From Eubacteriales bacterium (GTDB lineage: Bacteria > Bacillota > Clostridia > Oscillospirales > CAG-272): 64,000 nucleotides of DNA. This document shows, one piece after another, positions 53,332 through 63,263 of this stretch. Location: assembly GCA_045543555.1 (NCBI GenBank), contig JAZQMQ010000016.1, forward strand, positions 146,852-210,851, written 5' to 3'. The notes beneath the pieces were generated by a model that worked only from the letters and a program-made list of their open reading frames with translations, was not told where the DNA came from and made no database searches. Numbering within the stretch: the stretch's first letter is position 1; each line of letters opens with the position of its first letter. A program made the position numbers and the translations under genes.

Positions 53332-54120
53332 TTACACCTCGATGCCGCATCTGTCAAATAGTGTTGCGGCGTTTTTGCGTGTTAGCTGTGCAATATATTC
53401 TGGCGTTACACCTCGAAGCTCGGCAATTCGCTCCACCGTGTAGGTCATATAGCTTGAATCGTTGCGCTTGCCTCTGAACGGGTGGGGTGTAAGATATGGG
53501 CAATCTGTTTCCACAAGCAGTCTTTCGTCGGGAATAGTTGGTACTATCTCTGCCATACGGGTGGCATTTTTGAAGGTAACTACACCCGAAAACGAGATGT
53601 ACCAGCCGAGTTTGATCAGCTCCGCCGCCGTTTCTGCGCTTCCGCTGAAAGAGTGGAAAACGCCGCGTACGTTTTTGTGAAATGAAACGACCTCGAGACT
53701 GTCTCCGTGAGCGTCACGGTCGTGGACGATTACGGGGAGGTCAAGCGTTTGCGCGAGTTCAAGCTGAAGATGGAAAAATTCCTTTTGAAAATCGTGTTTT
53801 TCCTCGTGCCAATAGTAGTCAAGGCCGATTTCTCCGATAGCAACAGCCTTTGGATGCGAAGCAAGTGCCTCGATTTCTTTCAGGGCTGCGTATGGGTCAT
53901 TTAGGTCGTACAGATCGGAGGGATGAATGCCCACCGAGGCGTAAAAGCCGTCGAATTTTTCGGCGATCTTAAGGCTTTCAAGCGAGGTTTCGGGGTTTGT
54001 GCCTGCGTTAATGATATATTTAACGCCGCCGTCCATAATTTCTTTTATCCTTGCCTCGCGCTCTACTTCGTTGCCGAATTTTTCGTCGTTGTAATGTGCG
54101 TGGGAATCGAAAAGGGTCAT
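53332..54120 (-). CDS. tatD: TatD-family metal-dependent hydrolase
   Basis: LFDSHAHY...EIGLDY...H.RDA...HSFSG...ETDCPYLTP. Confidence 0.9.
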   Translation of the reverse strand: MTLFDSHAHYNDEKFGNEVEREARIKEIMDGGVKYIINAGTNPETSLESLKIAEKFDGFYASVGIHPSDLYDLNDPYAALKEIEALASHPKAVAIGEIGLDYYWHEEKHDFQKEFFHLQLELAQTLDLPVIVHDRDAHGDSLEVVSFHKNVRGVFHSFSGSAETAAELIKLGWYISFSGVVTFKNATRMAEIVPTIPDERLLVETDCPYLTPHPFRGKRNDSSYMTYTVERIAELRGVTPEYIAQLTRKNAATLFDRCGIEV

Positions 54121-54121
54121 A

Positions 54122-56035
54122 TTATCTAACTCTCTGTCCGAGGGGAGTGCTGTTGTCGAGGAATACTACCTTGATGTCGTCGCCCTCGCCCGACGCGAGT
54201 ATCATTCCGTTGCTCTCAACGCCGCAAAGTACTGCGGGCTTGAGATTTGCAACGAGAACGAGCTTCTTTCCGATAAGGTCTTCGGGCTTGTAGCACTTTG
54301 CGATGCCCGAAACGACCTGACGCTTCTCATATCCGAGATCAACTGTCAGCTTAAGAAGCTTCTTTGCCTTGGGAATACCCTCGCAGGCAACTACCTGCGC
54401 TGTGCGAAGCTCAACCTTGGTGAATGCGTCGAAGGGAATAAGCTCCTCAACGTCCTCGGGTACGGGTACCTCGGGAGCCTTGGGAGGATTCATAGCCTGA
54501 AGCTTTTCCATTGCTTCCTTTTCGTCGAGACGGGAGAAGAGGACCTTTGCCTCACCTATGTGCTTGCCGCTTTCAAGACCGCCGAATTCGTAGCAGTCAA
54601 CGGAAGTACCGAGCTGCTCGAGAATGCTGACGGAGGTGGAGGGCATAAAGGGTTCAACCATTACAGCGCCCACGCGGATAGCTTCAAGAAGATTATAAAT
54701 AACGGTGGAAAGACGCTCGGTGTCTCCGTTTTTAGCGAGAGTCCAAGGTGTAGTCTCGTCGATATATTTGTTAGCGCGACGGAATACCGAAAATACGGTT
54801 TCAAGAGCATCTGCGATGTGATAGGTGTCCATCTGGGAGACCATATCGTCGTATGCCTTCTTAATGCAAGCCTTAAGGTCGGAATCCACCTCGGTCTCGG
54901 CTGCGGGAGTGGGAACGATGCCCTCAAAATACTTCGCGGTCATTGCAAGCGTACGGTTAACGAGGTTACCGAGGTTGTTTGCAAGATCGGTGTTGTAACG
55001 CGCGATGATGTTGTCGAAGGTGATGCTTCCGTCGTTAAGATATGGCATTTCGGCAAGCACGTATTCTCTTACCGCGTCAACGCCGATAACACCTGCAAGG
55101 TCGTCGGCATAGATGCTGTTGCCCTTAGATTTACTCATCTTATCGGCACCTACGTTAAGCCAAGGATGACCGAATACCTTCTTGGGAAGGGGTAGATCGA
55201 GAGCCATTAAGATAATGGGCCAATATATAGTGTGGAAGCGCATGATGTCCTTACCGATGATATGAACGTCGGCAGGCCAATTCTTCTTGAATGCCTCGGT
55301 TGGCTCATTGTCGGGATTGTAGCCAAGGGCAGTGATGTAGTTTGAAAGAGCATCTATCCAAACGTAGATAACGTGATTTTGGTCAAACGATACGGGAACG
55401 CCCCACTTGAAAGAGCTTCGCGAAACGCAGAGGTCCTGAAGTCCGGGCTTAAGGAAGTTATTTACCATTTCCTTCTTTCTTGCCTCAGGCTCGATGAATT
55501 CGGGATGGTCCTCGATGTACTGCATCAGGCGGTCCTGATAAGCGCTCATGCGGAAGAAGTAGGATTCCTCCTTCATTCTTTTTACCTCGCGACCGCAGTC
55601 TGGGCACTTGCCTTCAACAATTTGCGAGTCTGTAAGAAACGCTTCGCAGGGCTCACAGTACCAGCCCTCATATTCACTCTTGTAAATATCACCCTTGTCG
55701 TAGAGCTTCTTAAAGATTGCGGTAACAGCCGCCTCATGATAATCGTCGGTCGTACGGATAAAATGATTATAGGATGCACCCATTAAGTCCCAGATGTCCT
55801 TTATTTGACCGGCAACGCCGTCAACGTATTCTTTAGGGGTAATGCCAGCTTCCTTTGCACAGTTTTCGATCTTCTGACCGTGCTCATCGGTACCGGTCAG
55901 GAAAAATACGTCATAGCCCTGCTTTCTTTTGTAGCGGGCGATAGCGTCGGTCATAATTACCTCAAAGGTATTGCCTATATGGGGCTTTCTCGAGCTATAC
56001 GCTATGGCTGTTGTAATATAAAACTTTTCCTTCAT
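54122..56035 (-). CDS. metG: Methionine--tRNA ligase with a C-terminal tRNA-binding (EMAP/Trbp111-like) domain
   Basis: HIGN (class I HIGH), Zn knuckle CEPCE...CPDCG, KMSKS, C-terminal ...VVSGIAK.Y.PE.L.GK. Confidence 0.95.
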   Translation of the reverse strand: MKEKFYITTAIAYSSRKPHIGNTFEVIMTDAIARYKRKQGYDVFFLTGTDEHGQKIENCAKEAGITPKEYVDGVAGQIKDIWDLMGASYNHFIRTTDDYHEAAVTAIFKKLYDKGDIYKSEYEGWYCEPCEAFLTDSQIVEGKCPDCGREVKRMKEESYFFRMSAYQDRLMQYIEDHPEFIEPEARKKEMVNNFLKPGLQDLCVSRSSFKWGVPVSFDQNHVIYVWIDALSNYITALGYNPDNEPTEAFKKNWPADVHIIGKDIMRFHTIYWPIILMALDLPLPKKVFGHPWLNVGADKMSKSKGNSIYADDLAGVIGVDAVREYVLAEMPYLNDGSITFDNIIARYNTDLANNLGNLVNRTLAMTAKYFEGIVPTPAAETEVDSDLKACIKKAYDDMVSQMDTYHIADALETVFSVFRRANKYIDETTPWTLAKNGDTERLSTVIYNLLEAIRVGAVMVEPFMPSTSVSILEQLGTSVDCYEFGGLESGKHIGEAKVLFSRLDEKEAMEKLQAMNPPKAPEVPVPEDVEELIPFDAFTKVELRTAQVVACEGIPKAKKLLKLTVDLGYEKRQVVSGIAKCYKPEDLIGKKLVLVANLKPAVLCGVESNGMILASGEGDDIKVVFLDNSTPLGQRVR

Positions 56036-56074
56036 ATTTTCCTCCTTCGCCGTAAAAACGGCTCAGCTTATATT

Positions 56075-56847
56075 TCGTTGTTTTTTATTTTTCAATAAGG
56101 TCGCTTATCGCTCCCTCATCGTGATTGCAAAGAACGTGATGACATATATTTTTCACCGCGTCGATAGCGTTTGACGGACAAAATGCCTTGTCAGCCCGAA
56201 GCAGCATATCAACGTCGTTACCGTAATCGTCTACACAGTAGAGCTTGATGTCGTTTTTGCCGTTTGTGCGGAAATATTCCCTTATCTGCGGTATTCTCGT
56301 GCCCTTGTTTACGCCCTTTTTTTGTAAAGTCGATAAGGTGTGGGGCGGGGCGTCTTATTGTGAAGTCGTTTCCGTAAACCTTGCATACGTGATCGTAGCA
56401 ACGGCTCACTGCATCAACCTCACCGTAAAGGCTCATCATTCGCCACGCTCCTTTCGTATTCGATAGTGGCGGATCATTTGCCGAAAATAACTCTCCGTCG
56501 GTGACCGTCACCATAAGAGAGGGAAAACTATTAAGTAGCTCGATCGCAATTGGTGCTGCATCCTTGGCGTCGAGAGGGTTTTCAGTCAGCACCGAGTCAG
56601 TGATCTGATCGTAAAGCATTTCACCGTTTATCATTATCATCGGAGCGTTTACAAGTGAACGGAACTGAGGGAAAAGCTCCTTCATTTTCGTCGGGCCCCT
56701 GCCTGAAGCAAAGGTGAAGCGTCCGCCGAGGCTAATAAAATTTTTAATTGCCTCGCAGTTTTAGTAGACGATACGTCCGTCCTTGCCCGCAAACGTGCCG
56801 TCGAAACCGCTAATGATAAGGATATCGTCAAATTTTACGTTATTCAT
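56075..56847 (-). pseudogene. Cof-type HAD-IIB phosphatase paralog, inactivated by an in-frame TAA and a frameshift at an A7 run
   Basis: ATG 56845-47 gives MNNVKFDDILIISGFDGTFAGKDGRIVY, then TAA (56761-63), then NCEAIKNF...GRFTFASGR...MKELFPQF.... The frame shifts at the T7 run (56317-56323, plus strand). After it, GVNKGTRIPQIREYF...DDYGNDVDML...FCPSNAID...CNHDEGAISDLIEK* aligns with the intact neighbour. Confidence 0.7.
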
Positions 56848-57627
56848 TTAAGCCTCGTTTATAATGGCTTCTATCATATCTGCTACCGCCCCGTCGTCGT
56901 GGTTGCACAAAATACGTGAGCAAATTGCCTTTACCTCGTCGATCGCGTTCGACGGGCAGAATGCCTTATCGGCATTTTTCAGCATATCAATATCGTTTTC
57001 ATAATCGCCGATACAATATACTTTAAGATCATCAATGCCTTTGGATTTGTAATAATCCTTCATGTAGGAAATTCGTCTGCCCTTGGAGACGTTTTTATCG
57101 ACGATCTCCGCAAAGCAGTCAAAGGAACGGAAGCAAAGATATTTATCGCCGAAAACTTCATTGACATAGGTGCTGCAGGCTACCGCGGTCTCGGGATCAT
57201 CAAAATTAAGGTTTATCTTCCTGAATCGGTTGCCCACGATCTCATCGGGTCCCGATACTTTTTGAAGTATTCCGTCGTCGGTGTAGCATGCGAGTCTGAT
57301 ACTGTATTTCGACATGATATGTCGTATGTCTTCTCTTGCAACAGTTCCGTCAAAAAATCTTTCGTCGATTATACAGCCCATAGCGGAATCAAAAATTATG
57401 GCTCCGTTACACATTACAAGTGGCGCGTTGACCACCGTGTGAAAATCAGGGAAAACCTTCTTCATCATTGAAGGGAGTCTTCCTGTGCAGAAGGTGAAAT
57501 GACCGCCGAGGGACTGAAAATATTTGATTGCTTCGAGATTTCTTTCAACGATCCTTCCGCCTTTGCCTGCAAAGGTTCCGTCAAAATCGCTTAGTATGAG
57601 TATGTTGTTAAGATTATTCATTTTCAT
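56848..57627 (-). CDS. Cof-type HAD-IIB family phosphatase
   Basis: DFDGTF (motif I), CTGR, GDYENDIDML (motif IV). Confidence 0.88.
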   Translation of the reverse strand: MKMNNLNNILILSDFDGTFAGKGGRIVERNLEAIKYFQSLGGHFTFCTGRLPSMMKKVFPDFHTVVNAPLVMCNGAIIFDSAMGCIIDERFFDGTVAREDIRHIMSKYSIRLACYTDDGILQKVSGPDEIVGNRFRKINLNFDDPETAVACSTYVNEVFGDKYLCFRSFDCFAEIVDKNVSKGRRISYMKDYYKSKGIDDLKVYCIGDYENDIDMLKNADKAFCPSNAIDEVKAICSRILCNHDDGAVADMIEAIINEA

Positions 57628-58534
57628 TTTCCCCGAGGAGTGACAGACACTTTGTGAAATAGTCGGGAAGCGGGCTGTCGAATGACATAAGCTCGCCGCT
57701 TATCGGATGCTTAAAGGAAATTGTTTTTGCGTGGAGGCACTGACCCGAAATAAGAGCGGGATGCTGAGTTTCAAATCTCGTTTTTCCTCCGCCGTAAACG
57801 GTATCTCCCATAATCGGGTGACCAAGTGAGGAAAGATGAACTCTTATCTGATGGGTGCGTCCCGTTTCGAGCTTGAGCTCGATGTAGTCTGCTCCGTCGA
57901 GGGCTTTGATCACTCTGTAGTTCGTTGCGGCATCGCGACCGTCCTTAACGACAGCCATTTTTTTGCGGTCGACGGGGTGACGACCGATGGGCTTGTCTAT
58001 TCTGCCGTGATCCTCTTTTAAATGACCGAGAGAAATAGCATGATAAAAGCGGTCGAAGGTGTGGGAGCTTATCTGCTCAGCGAGAGAAACGTGAGCGGTG
58101 TCGTTTTTTGCTACCACGAGAAGTCCCGAGGTGTCCTTATCGATACGGTGAACGATACCGGGACGGATCACACCGTTTATCCCCGAAAGACTGTCTCCGC
58201 AATGATAGAGTAGGGCATTTACGAGAGTGCCGCTCGGATTCCCCACCGCGGGATGAACGACCATCCCCTTGGGCTTATTGACTACGAGCAGGTCGGCGTC
58301 CTCGTAAACTATGTCAAGGGGTATGTTTTCGGGCTCGGCACTGTCGGGCTCGGGCTCCGGTATCTCGGTTAATACCGTATCCCCTTCGCGAAGACGGTAA
58401 TTTTTGGCTACTGTTGTGCCATTTACCGTTACCATTCCGCTTTCTATTAATTTGGCAGAGGCGGAACGTGTAATATTCTCACGTTCCGCCACGTAAACGT
58501 CAAGGCGAACCCCTACGTCGTTACCTTCTATCAT
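57614..58534 (-). CDS. rluD: RluA-family 23S rRNA pseudouridine synthase (RluD type)
   Basis: S4 domain at the N-terminus, catalytic HRIDKDTSGLLV, and RTHQIRVH. Confidence 0.9.
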   Translation of the reverse strand: MIEGNDVGVRLDVYVAERENITRSASAKLIESGMVTVNGTTVAKNYRLREGDTVLTEIPEPEPDSAEPENIPLDIVYEDADLLVVNKPKGMVVHPAVGNPSGTLVNALLYHCGDSLSGINGVIRPGIVHRIDKDTSGLLVVAKNDTAHVSLAEQISSHTFDRFYHAISLGHLKEDHGRIDKPIGRHPVDRKKMAVVKDGRDAATNYRVIKALDGADYIELKLETGRTHQIRVHLSSLGHPIMGDTVYGGGKTRFETQHPALISGQCLHAKTISFKHPISGELMSFDSPLPDYFTKCLSLLGENENE

Positions 58535-59046
58535 TTTGTTGATTCCTTATCCTTGCAGACTTTATTATTTTCGGTATTTTTGTCGTCAAAGAGAAGCTTC
58601 CTGTCAAATACAAGAACCGAGAATATTGCCAAAACGCTACCAACCGATACAAAGCAGTCTGCTACGTTGAATATCGGAAAATCAATAAACAGAAAGTTCA
58701 GAAAATCTATCACTGCTCCGCTGAATATTCTGTCGATCTGATTACCGATACCGCCCCCTGCTATCATAGCAAGGGAAATACACAGAAGGGGGGATATCTG
58801 CTTGCGGTAGCGTATTATGATATAAATTACGATACCGATTGCAATAAGCGACGTTGGAATGAAAATCCATTGTTTACCCGCCAGCATACCCCATGCAATG
58901 CCTTCGTTCAGAGTGAATCTGAATTCCAGCAGTTTGGGTATGAACGGGTGTACTCCGATCGGCTTAAGATCGGTCAAAGCTATATATTTAGTTACCTGAT
59001 CGAGAATTACCGATACGGCAATTATTACCATTGAGAGAATAAGCAC
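58531..59046 (-). CDS. lspA: Lipoprotein signal peptidase (signal peptidase II)
   Basis: DQVTK...N.GIAWG...GGGIGN.IDR...VIDF...FNVAD. Confidence 0.92.
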   Translation of the reverse strand: MLILSMVIIAVSVILDQVTKYIALTDLKPIGVHPFIPKLLEFRFTLNEGIAWGMLAGKQWIFIPTSLIAIGIVIYIIIRYRKQISPLLCISLAMIAGGGIGNQIDRIFSGAVIDFLNFLFIDFPIFNVADCFVSVGSVLAIFSVLVFDRKLLFDDKNTENNKVCKDKESTK

Positions 59047-59067
59047 TTATCTTATTCCTTTCGTAAA

Positions 59068-61839
59068 TTAGAGTCCGAGTGTATCTTTACATCTTACGCA
59101 GAGGAATCCGCTTTCGGTGTCAAGACCCTTGTCGGAGTACTTCCAGCAGCGTACACACTTGCATCCGTCTGCATTTTCAACCTTAACCGAGTCATCTCCT
59201 TCGCAAACAGTTACACCTGATACGATGAATACGGTTTCGAGTTCTTCTGTAGTGAAGCTGTTAAGTAGAGCGAGGGTGTCCTTATCGGATACGGTTATTG
59301 TGAGCTTTGCATCGAGGGATTTACCGATTGTCTTTTCTGCTCTTGCTTCCTCGAGGCTCTTCATAATACCGTCACGGAGCTCGAAGAGCTTTTCATATCG
59401 AGCTTCGATTTCGGAGAAGAGAAGATCCTCGCTGTACTCGGGCATATCGTTAAGCACAACGCTTCTTGCATCATCGACATCGGTGTGAGACATGGACAAC
59501 CATGCTTCATCTGCTGTGAATGCAAGGATCGGAGCGATAAGTCTGACAAGAGAAGAAAGAATGATATACATTGTTGTCTGAGCAGCGCGTCTGGCATCAC
59601 TGTTCTTTGACTCTGTATAAACACGGTCCTTGGTAATGTCGACGTAAAGCTTGGACATATCAACAGTACAGAAGTTATTTATCTCGTGGTAAACCAGGTG
59701 GAAAGAGTAAGTATCGTAAGCTTCTCTTACGCGCTTGATCATGCCGTTGAGACGTGAAAGTGCCCATTTATCGATATCGTAGAGCTTATCGTAGCTTACC
59801 ATATCGGTGTTGGGGTTAAAGTCGGTTTCGGCAGAACCGAGGTTTGCCATGAGGATACGGATAGTGTTTCTGATCTTACGGTAGGACTCTGAAAGCTGTG
59901 AGAAAATTTCTTTGGAGCAACGAACGTCTGCATGGTAATCGGAGGAAGCCGCCCAGAGACGAACTACGTCGGCTCCGAAATCCTTGATAAGATCTGCGGG
60001 ATCGACGCCGTTGCCGAGGCTCTTGTGCATTGCGCGGCCCTGACCGTCAACTACCCAACCGTGAGTGAGAACCTGTTTGAAGGGAGCACCCTTGCCAAGC
60101 GCACCGACTGACGTAAGAAGTGAAGACTGGAACCAACCTCTGTACTGGTCAGCTCCCTCAAGATATACGTCTGCGGGCCAAAGCTCGGGAGTATCCTTCA
60201 TGAGTGAAGCAAAATGAGTGGAGCCGGAGTCAAACCAGCAGTCGAGAGTGTCGGTCTCCTTCTCGAAGGTCTTGCCGCCGCAGTGGGGGCAGGTGAAGTT
60301 TTCGGGAACAAGCTCCATGGATTCCTTCTCAAACCACGCATTTGAACCGAACTCATCGAAGAGCGCGGAAATTTTGGCAATGGATTCGGGAGTGGATACA
60401 GGCTTGCCGCAATCGTTACAGTAGAATACGGGAATAGGAAGGCCCCAACGTCTCTGACGGGAAATACACCAGTCAGCTCTTTCTCTGATCATGCTGACCA
60501 TTCTGTCCTCGCCCCATGCGGGATACCACTGAACGTTCTCGATTGCCTTGACAGCCTCGTCCTTAAAGGACTCTACCGAGCAGAACCACTGAGGTGTTGC
60601 ACGGAAAATTACAGGCTTCTTGCATCTGTCGTGGTGAGGATAGGAGTGCATGATATTCTCGGAAGCAAAGAGCGCTCCGGATTCCTTCATATCCTCAAGG
60701 ATAATGGGGTTTGATTCCTCGGTTCTGAGACCTGCATATTTACCTGCGTAATCGGTATGCTTGCCGTAGTCGTCTACGGGAACGACAAGATCCATACCAT
60801 ATCTCATACATGTATTATAGTCGTCTGCACCAAATCCGGGGGCAGTGTGTACGCAACCGGTACCGCTATCCATGGTAACGTATTCCGCATAAACGAGACG
60901 GGAGGTCTTGTCGAGGAAGGGATGGGTAGCAGTCATATTCTCGAAGAATGCGCCGGGGAACGTAGCTATGATTTCGTAATTTTCGAACCCACCGATGTTC
61001 ATTACCTTTTTGGTAAGAGCCTCTGCCATAATGTAAGTTTCGCCGTTGTCAGCCTTTACGAGAACGTAAGTCTCGCGGGGATGTAGACAAATAGCCATAT
61101 TTCCTGGAAGAGTCCAGATGGTAGTGGTCCAGATCACAAAGTATGTGTTAGAAAGGTCATAGCCTGCAAGCTTGCCAAGGTCGTCGTTCATCTTGAACTT
61201 AACGTAAACGGAGGTGCAGGGGTCATCCTTATACTCAATATCAGCCTCAGCAACTGCGGTAGTACAGAAGGGACACCAGGTTACCGGCTTAAGACCCTTG
61301 TAGATGAAGCCCTTATCGAACATGGCGCCGAAGATCTTTACCTCCTGAGCCTCGAAGTGCTTGTCCATTGTGCGATATGGGTTGTCCCAATCACCGAGAA
61401 CACCGAGACGCTTAAATCCCGCCATCTGCTTCTGGATAAAGTCCTCAGCAAACGCCTCGCAAGCACGTCTGAACTCGGGCACTGTCATGTCCTTATTAAG
61501 ATCCTTCTTGGTCTTCTCAATAGCTCTCTCGATGGGAAGTCCGTGGTTATCCCAACCGGGAACGTAAGGAGTATAGTAGCCCATCATTGCGTGGCTTCTT
61601 ACGATGAAATCCTTAAGTACCTTGTTAAGAGCGTGACCCATATGGATATAGCCGTTGGAGAAGGGAGGGCCGTCGTGAAGAATGAAGGGAGTTTTGCCCT
61701 CGTTTCTCTTTTTAACCTCGCCGTAGAGGTCCATTGCGGTCCATCTTTCATAAAATACGGGCTCTCTCTGAGGAAGGGAAGCGCGCATCGGGAAATCGGT
61801 TTGGGGAAGATTTAAGGTCTTGGTGTAATCCTGTGTCAT
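59068..61839 (-). CDS. ileS: Isoleucine--tRNA ligase
   Basis: HMGH (HIGH), KMHKSLGN (KMSKS), editing-domain length, C-terminal Zn fingers CPHCG and CVRCW...CVRC. Confidence 0.96.
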   Translation of the reverse strand: MTQDYTKTLNLPQTDFPMRASLPQREPVFYERWTAMDLYGEVKKRNEGKTPFILHDGPPFSNGYIHMGHALNKVLKDFIVRSHAMMGYYTPYVPGWDNHGLPIERAIEKTKKDLNKDMTVPEFRRACEAFAEDFIQKQMAGFKRLGVLGDWDNPYRTMDKHFEAQEVKIFGAMFDKGFIYKGLKPVTWCPFCTTAVAEADIEYKDDPCTSVYVKFKMNDDLGKLAGYDLSNTYFVIWTTTIWTLPGNMAICLHPRETYVLVKADNGETYIMAEALTKKVMNIGGFENYEIIATFPGAFFENMTATHPFLDKTSRLVYAEYVTMDSGTGCVHTAPGFGADDYNTCMRYGMDLVVPVDDYGKHTDYAGKYAGLRTEESNPIILEDMKESGALFASENIMHSYPHHDRCKKPVIFRATPQWFCSVESFKDEAVKAIENVQWYPAWGEDRMVSMIRERADWCISRQRRWGLPIPVFYCNDCGKPVSTPESIAKISALFDEFGSNAWFEKESMELVPENFTCPHCGGKTFEKETDTLDCWFDSGSTHFASLMKDTPELWPADVYLEGADQYRGWFQSSLLTSVGALGKGAPFKQVLTHGWVVDGQGRAMHKSLGNGVDPADLIKDFGADVVRLWAASSDYHADVRCSKEIFSQLSESYRKIRNTIRILMANLGSAETDFNPNTDMVSYDKLYDIDKWALSRLNGMIKRVREAYDTYSFHLVYHEINNFCTVDMSKLYVDITKDRVYTESKNSDARRAAQTTMYIILSSLVRLIAPILAFTADEAWLSMSHTDVDDARSVVLNDMPEYSEDLLFSEIEARYEKLFELRDGIMKSLEEARAEKTIGKSLDAKLTITVSDKDTLALLNSFTTEELETVFIVSGVTVCEGDDSVKVENADGCKCVRCWKYSDKGLDTESGFLCVRCKDTLGL

Positions 61840-61857
61840 AATTATCTTTGCCTTTCT

Positions 61858-62766
61858 TTAGGTTAAGGTGTTATTCTTTTTCTTTTTGCCGTCATATACC
61901 ACGTCGAATTCGTCGTTTGAATTTGATGCGTTTTTGTCGGCGCTTGCATTATCTAGGATAGACAGAAATTCATCGTCGCTTACGTTTCCCGCGTTTTCAT
62001 TTATCTTACGGATCGAATCGATGAGAGAGCTGCCGTTTTCAAGAATTACGGTTCTTTCGGTCAGCAGATCTGTATCCTTGTCTCTCGTGTCTGCCGCGTT
62101 TTGCTTTGTATCCTTGTCTGTTTCATCAATTACGTCGGGAATCGGCGTTTCGACAGCGGAACCGCCCTCGCTTACTATGTCTCGATCTTCGTTTTGAGGA
62201 GTGAACGGATCGAATGATCCCGAAATAAGCTCCTCTTCTCCGTCGAGGTCTGCACTTATCTGAACGAGGACCTGTCTTTTAAGCTCCTCTGCGATCTCAA
62301 CGCTGTCTTCCTCGGTTCTTATGTCGGGGGAGATTTTTTCAAGAGCGAGAATATGCTCACGGTAGGCTTTAAGAAGTCCAGCCTTAAATGTCGCAGTTTC
62401 CTTTTGCGCTGCGATCAAGTGGTCATTTTCCTCTTCGATCTTATCGGCAAAGTCATTTAAAAGTCTGTCGCAGCTGTTTTTTGCTGAACGCATAATTACG
62501 TCTGCGCGCTCGTTTGCCTCGTTGATTATTCTTGTACTTGCCTTTTGGGCGTTAACGAGGGTGATCTTTATGGATTCCTCCTCTGCCTTGAGGGCATCGA
62601 GCTGTGCTTCGGTTATTCTGAGCTTTTTCTCAAGCTCGTCGTTTAAGCGGTAAAGCTCGGTGTACTTTTCTATGAGAAAGTCTATATGTTCATCGACCTC
62701 GACAGTACTGTAACCGCGAAGTGATTTCGAAAATTCTACGTTTTTGAGTTCGTGTGGAGCAAGCAT
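61858..62766 (-). CDS. divIVA: DivIVA-domain cell-division protein with a long acidic tail
   Basis: The N-terminus LAPHELKNVEFSKSLRGYSTVEVDEHIDFL is the canonical DivIVA lipid-binding start, followed by coiled coil. Confidence 0.88.
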   Translation of the reverse strand: MLAPHELKNVEFSKSLRGYSTVEVDEHIDFLIEKYTELYRLNDELEKKLRITEAQLDALKAEEESIKITLVNAQKASTRIINEANERADVIMRSAKNSCDRLLNDFADKIEEENDHLIAAQKETATFKAGLLKAYREHILALEKISPDIRTEEDSVEIAEELKRQVLVQISADLDGEEELISGSFDPFTPQNEDRDIVSEGGSAVETPIPDVIDETDKDTKQNAADTRDKDTDLLTERTVILENGSSLIDSIRKINENAGNVSDDEFLSILDNASADKNASNSNDEFDVVYDGKKKKNNTLT

Positions 62767-62828
62767 TGTTATATTTAGCTTACCTGAAGCATTTCCTTTC
62801 TTAGATTTTGATTGTGTTATTTGAATGC

Positions 62829-63110
62829 TTAAATCAAAGCACTTAATGTCATTTTTATGATTGCTGCAAGGAAGAGCGAGACCATTACTGTGATATCAAA
62901 CGGTCCGTTGTTTTTTATGCCCAGCAGCGATAGAAGCTTATCGCAGAGAATGAGTCCCGGCTCTGTGAGAACACGTGCAAAATTCAGCAGGGTATTGTCC
63001 TCTCCGTCCGGGGTGAAAAATTCGAATATAACCCGTATGATTATGGCGATTTGAAATGCGGAAAGGAGCAATGTTATCATGCGGATCACTATTTCAAAAA
63101 TGTATTCCAA
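62829..63110 (-). CDS. yggT: YggT-family membrane protein
   Basis: 93 aa, two TM helices, in the conserved position between sepF and divIVA. Confidence 0.85.
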   Translation of the reverse strand: MEYIFEIVIRMITLLLSAFQIAIIIRVIFEFFTPDGEDNTLLNFARVLTEPGLILCDKLLSLLGIKNNGPFDITVMVSLFLAAIIKMTLSALI

Positions 63111-63263
63111 TGCGCCCTCCCATCCCGTTATTTCGTTGCTTGAAAACGGGAAAAATTAAAAATAAACGGCTCCGTGAGGACCTTCACAGACCGTTTACCG
63201 CGGAGCTAAAAAAGCACCAAGACCGCATTGCCGAAAAAACGGCAATGCGGCTTGAAATCAAAC

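Noticed and set aside
56036-56074. A search for T-box leaders upstream of metG; the same search was made upstream of ileS at 61840-61857.
   Set aside because: The spacers are only about 39 nt and 18 nt, too short for a T-box. Both synthetase genes appear co-transcribed with the upstream genes.
63111-63263. Hairpins between sepF and yggT (CCGCATTGCCG-T6-CGGCAATGCGG and a second imperfect stem) as a terminator or regulatory RNA.
   Set aside because: The stems are real, but the U-tract is displaced by about 16 nt, and I have no basis to assign a function. I recorded them only as possible mRNA-processing or stability structure.
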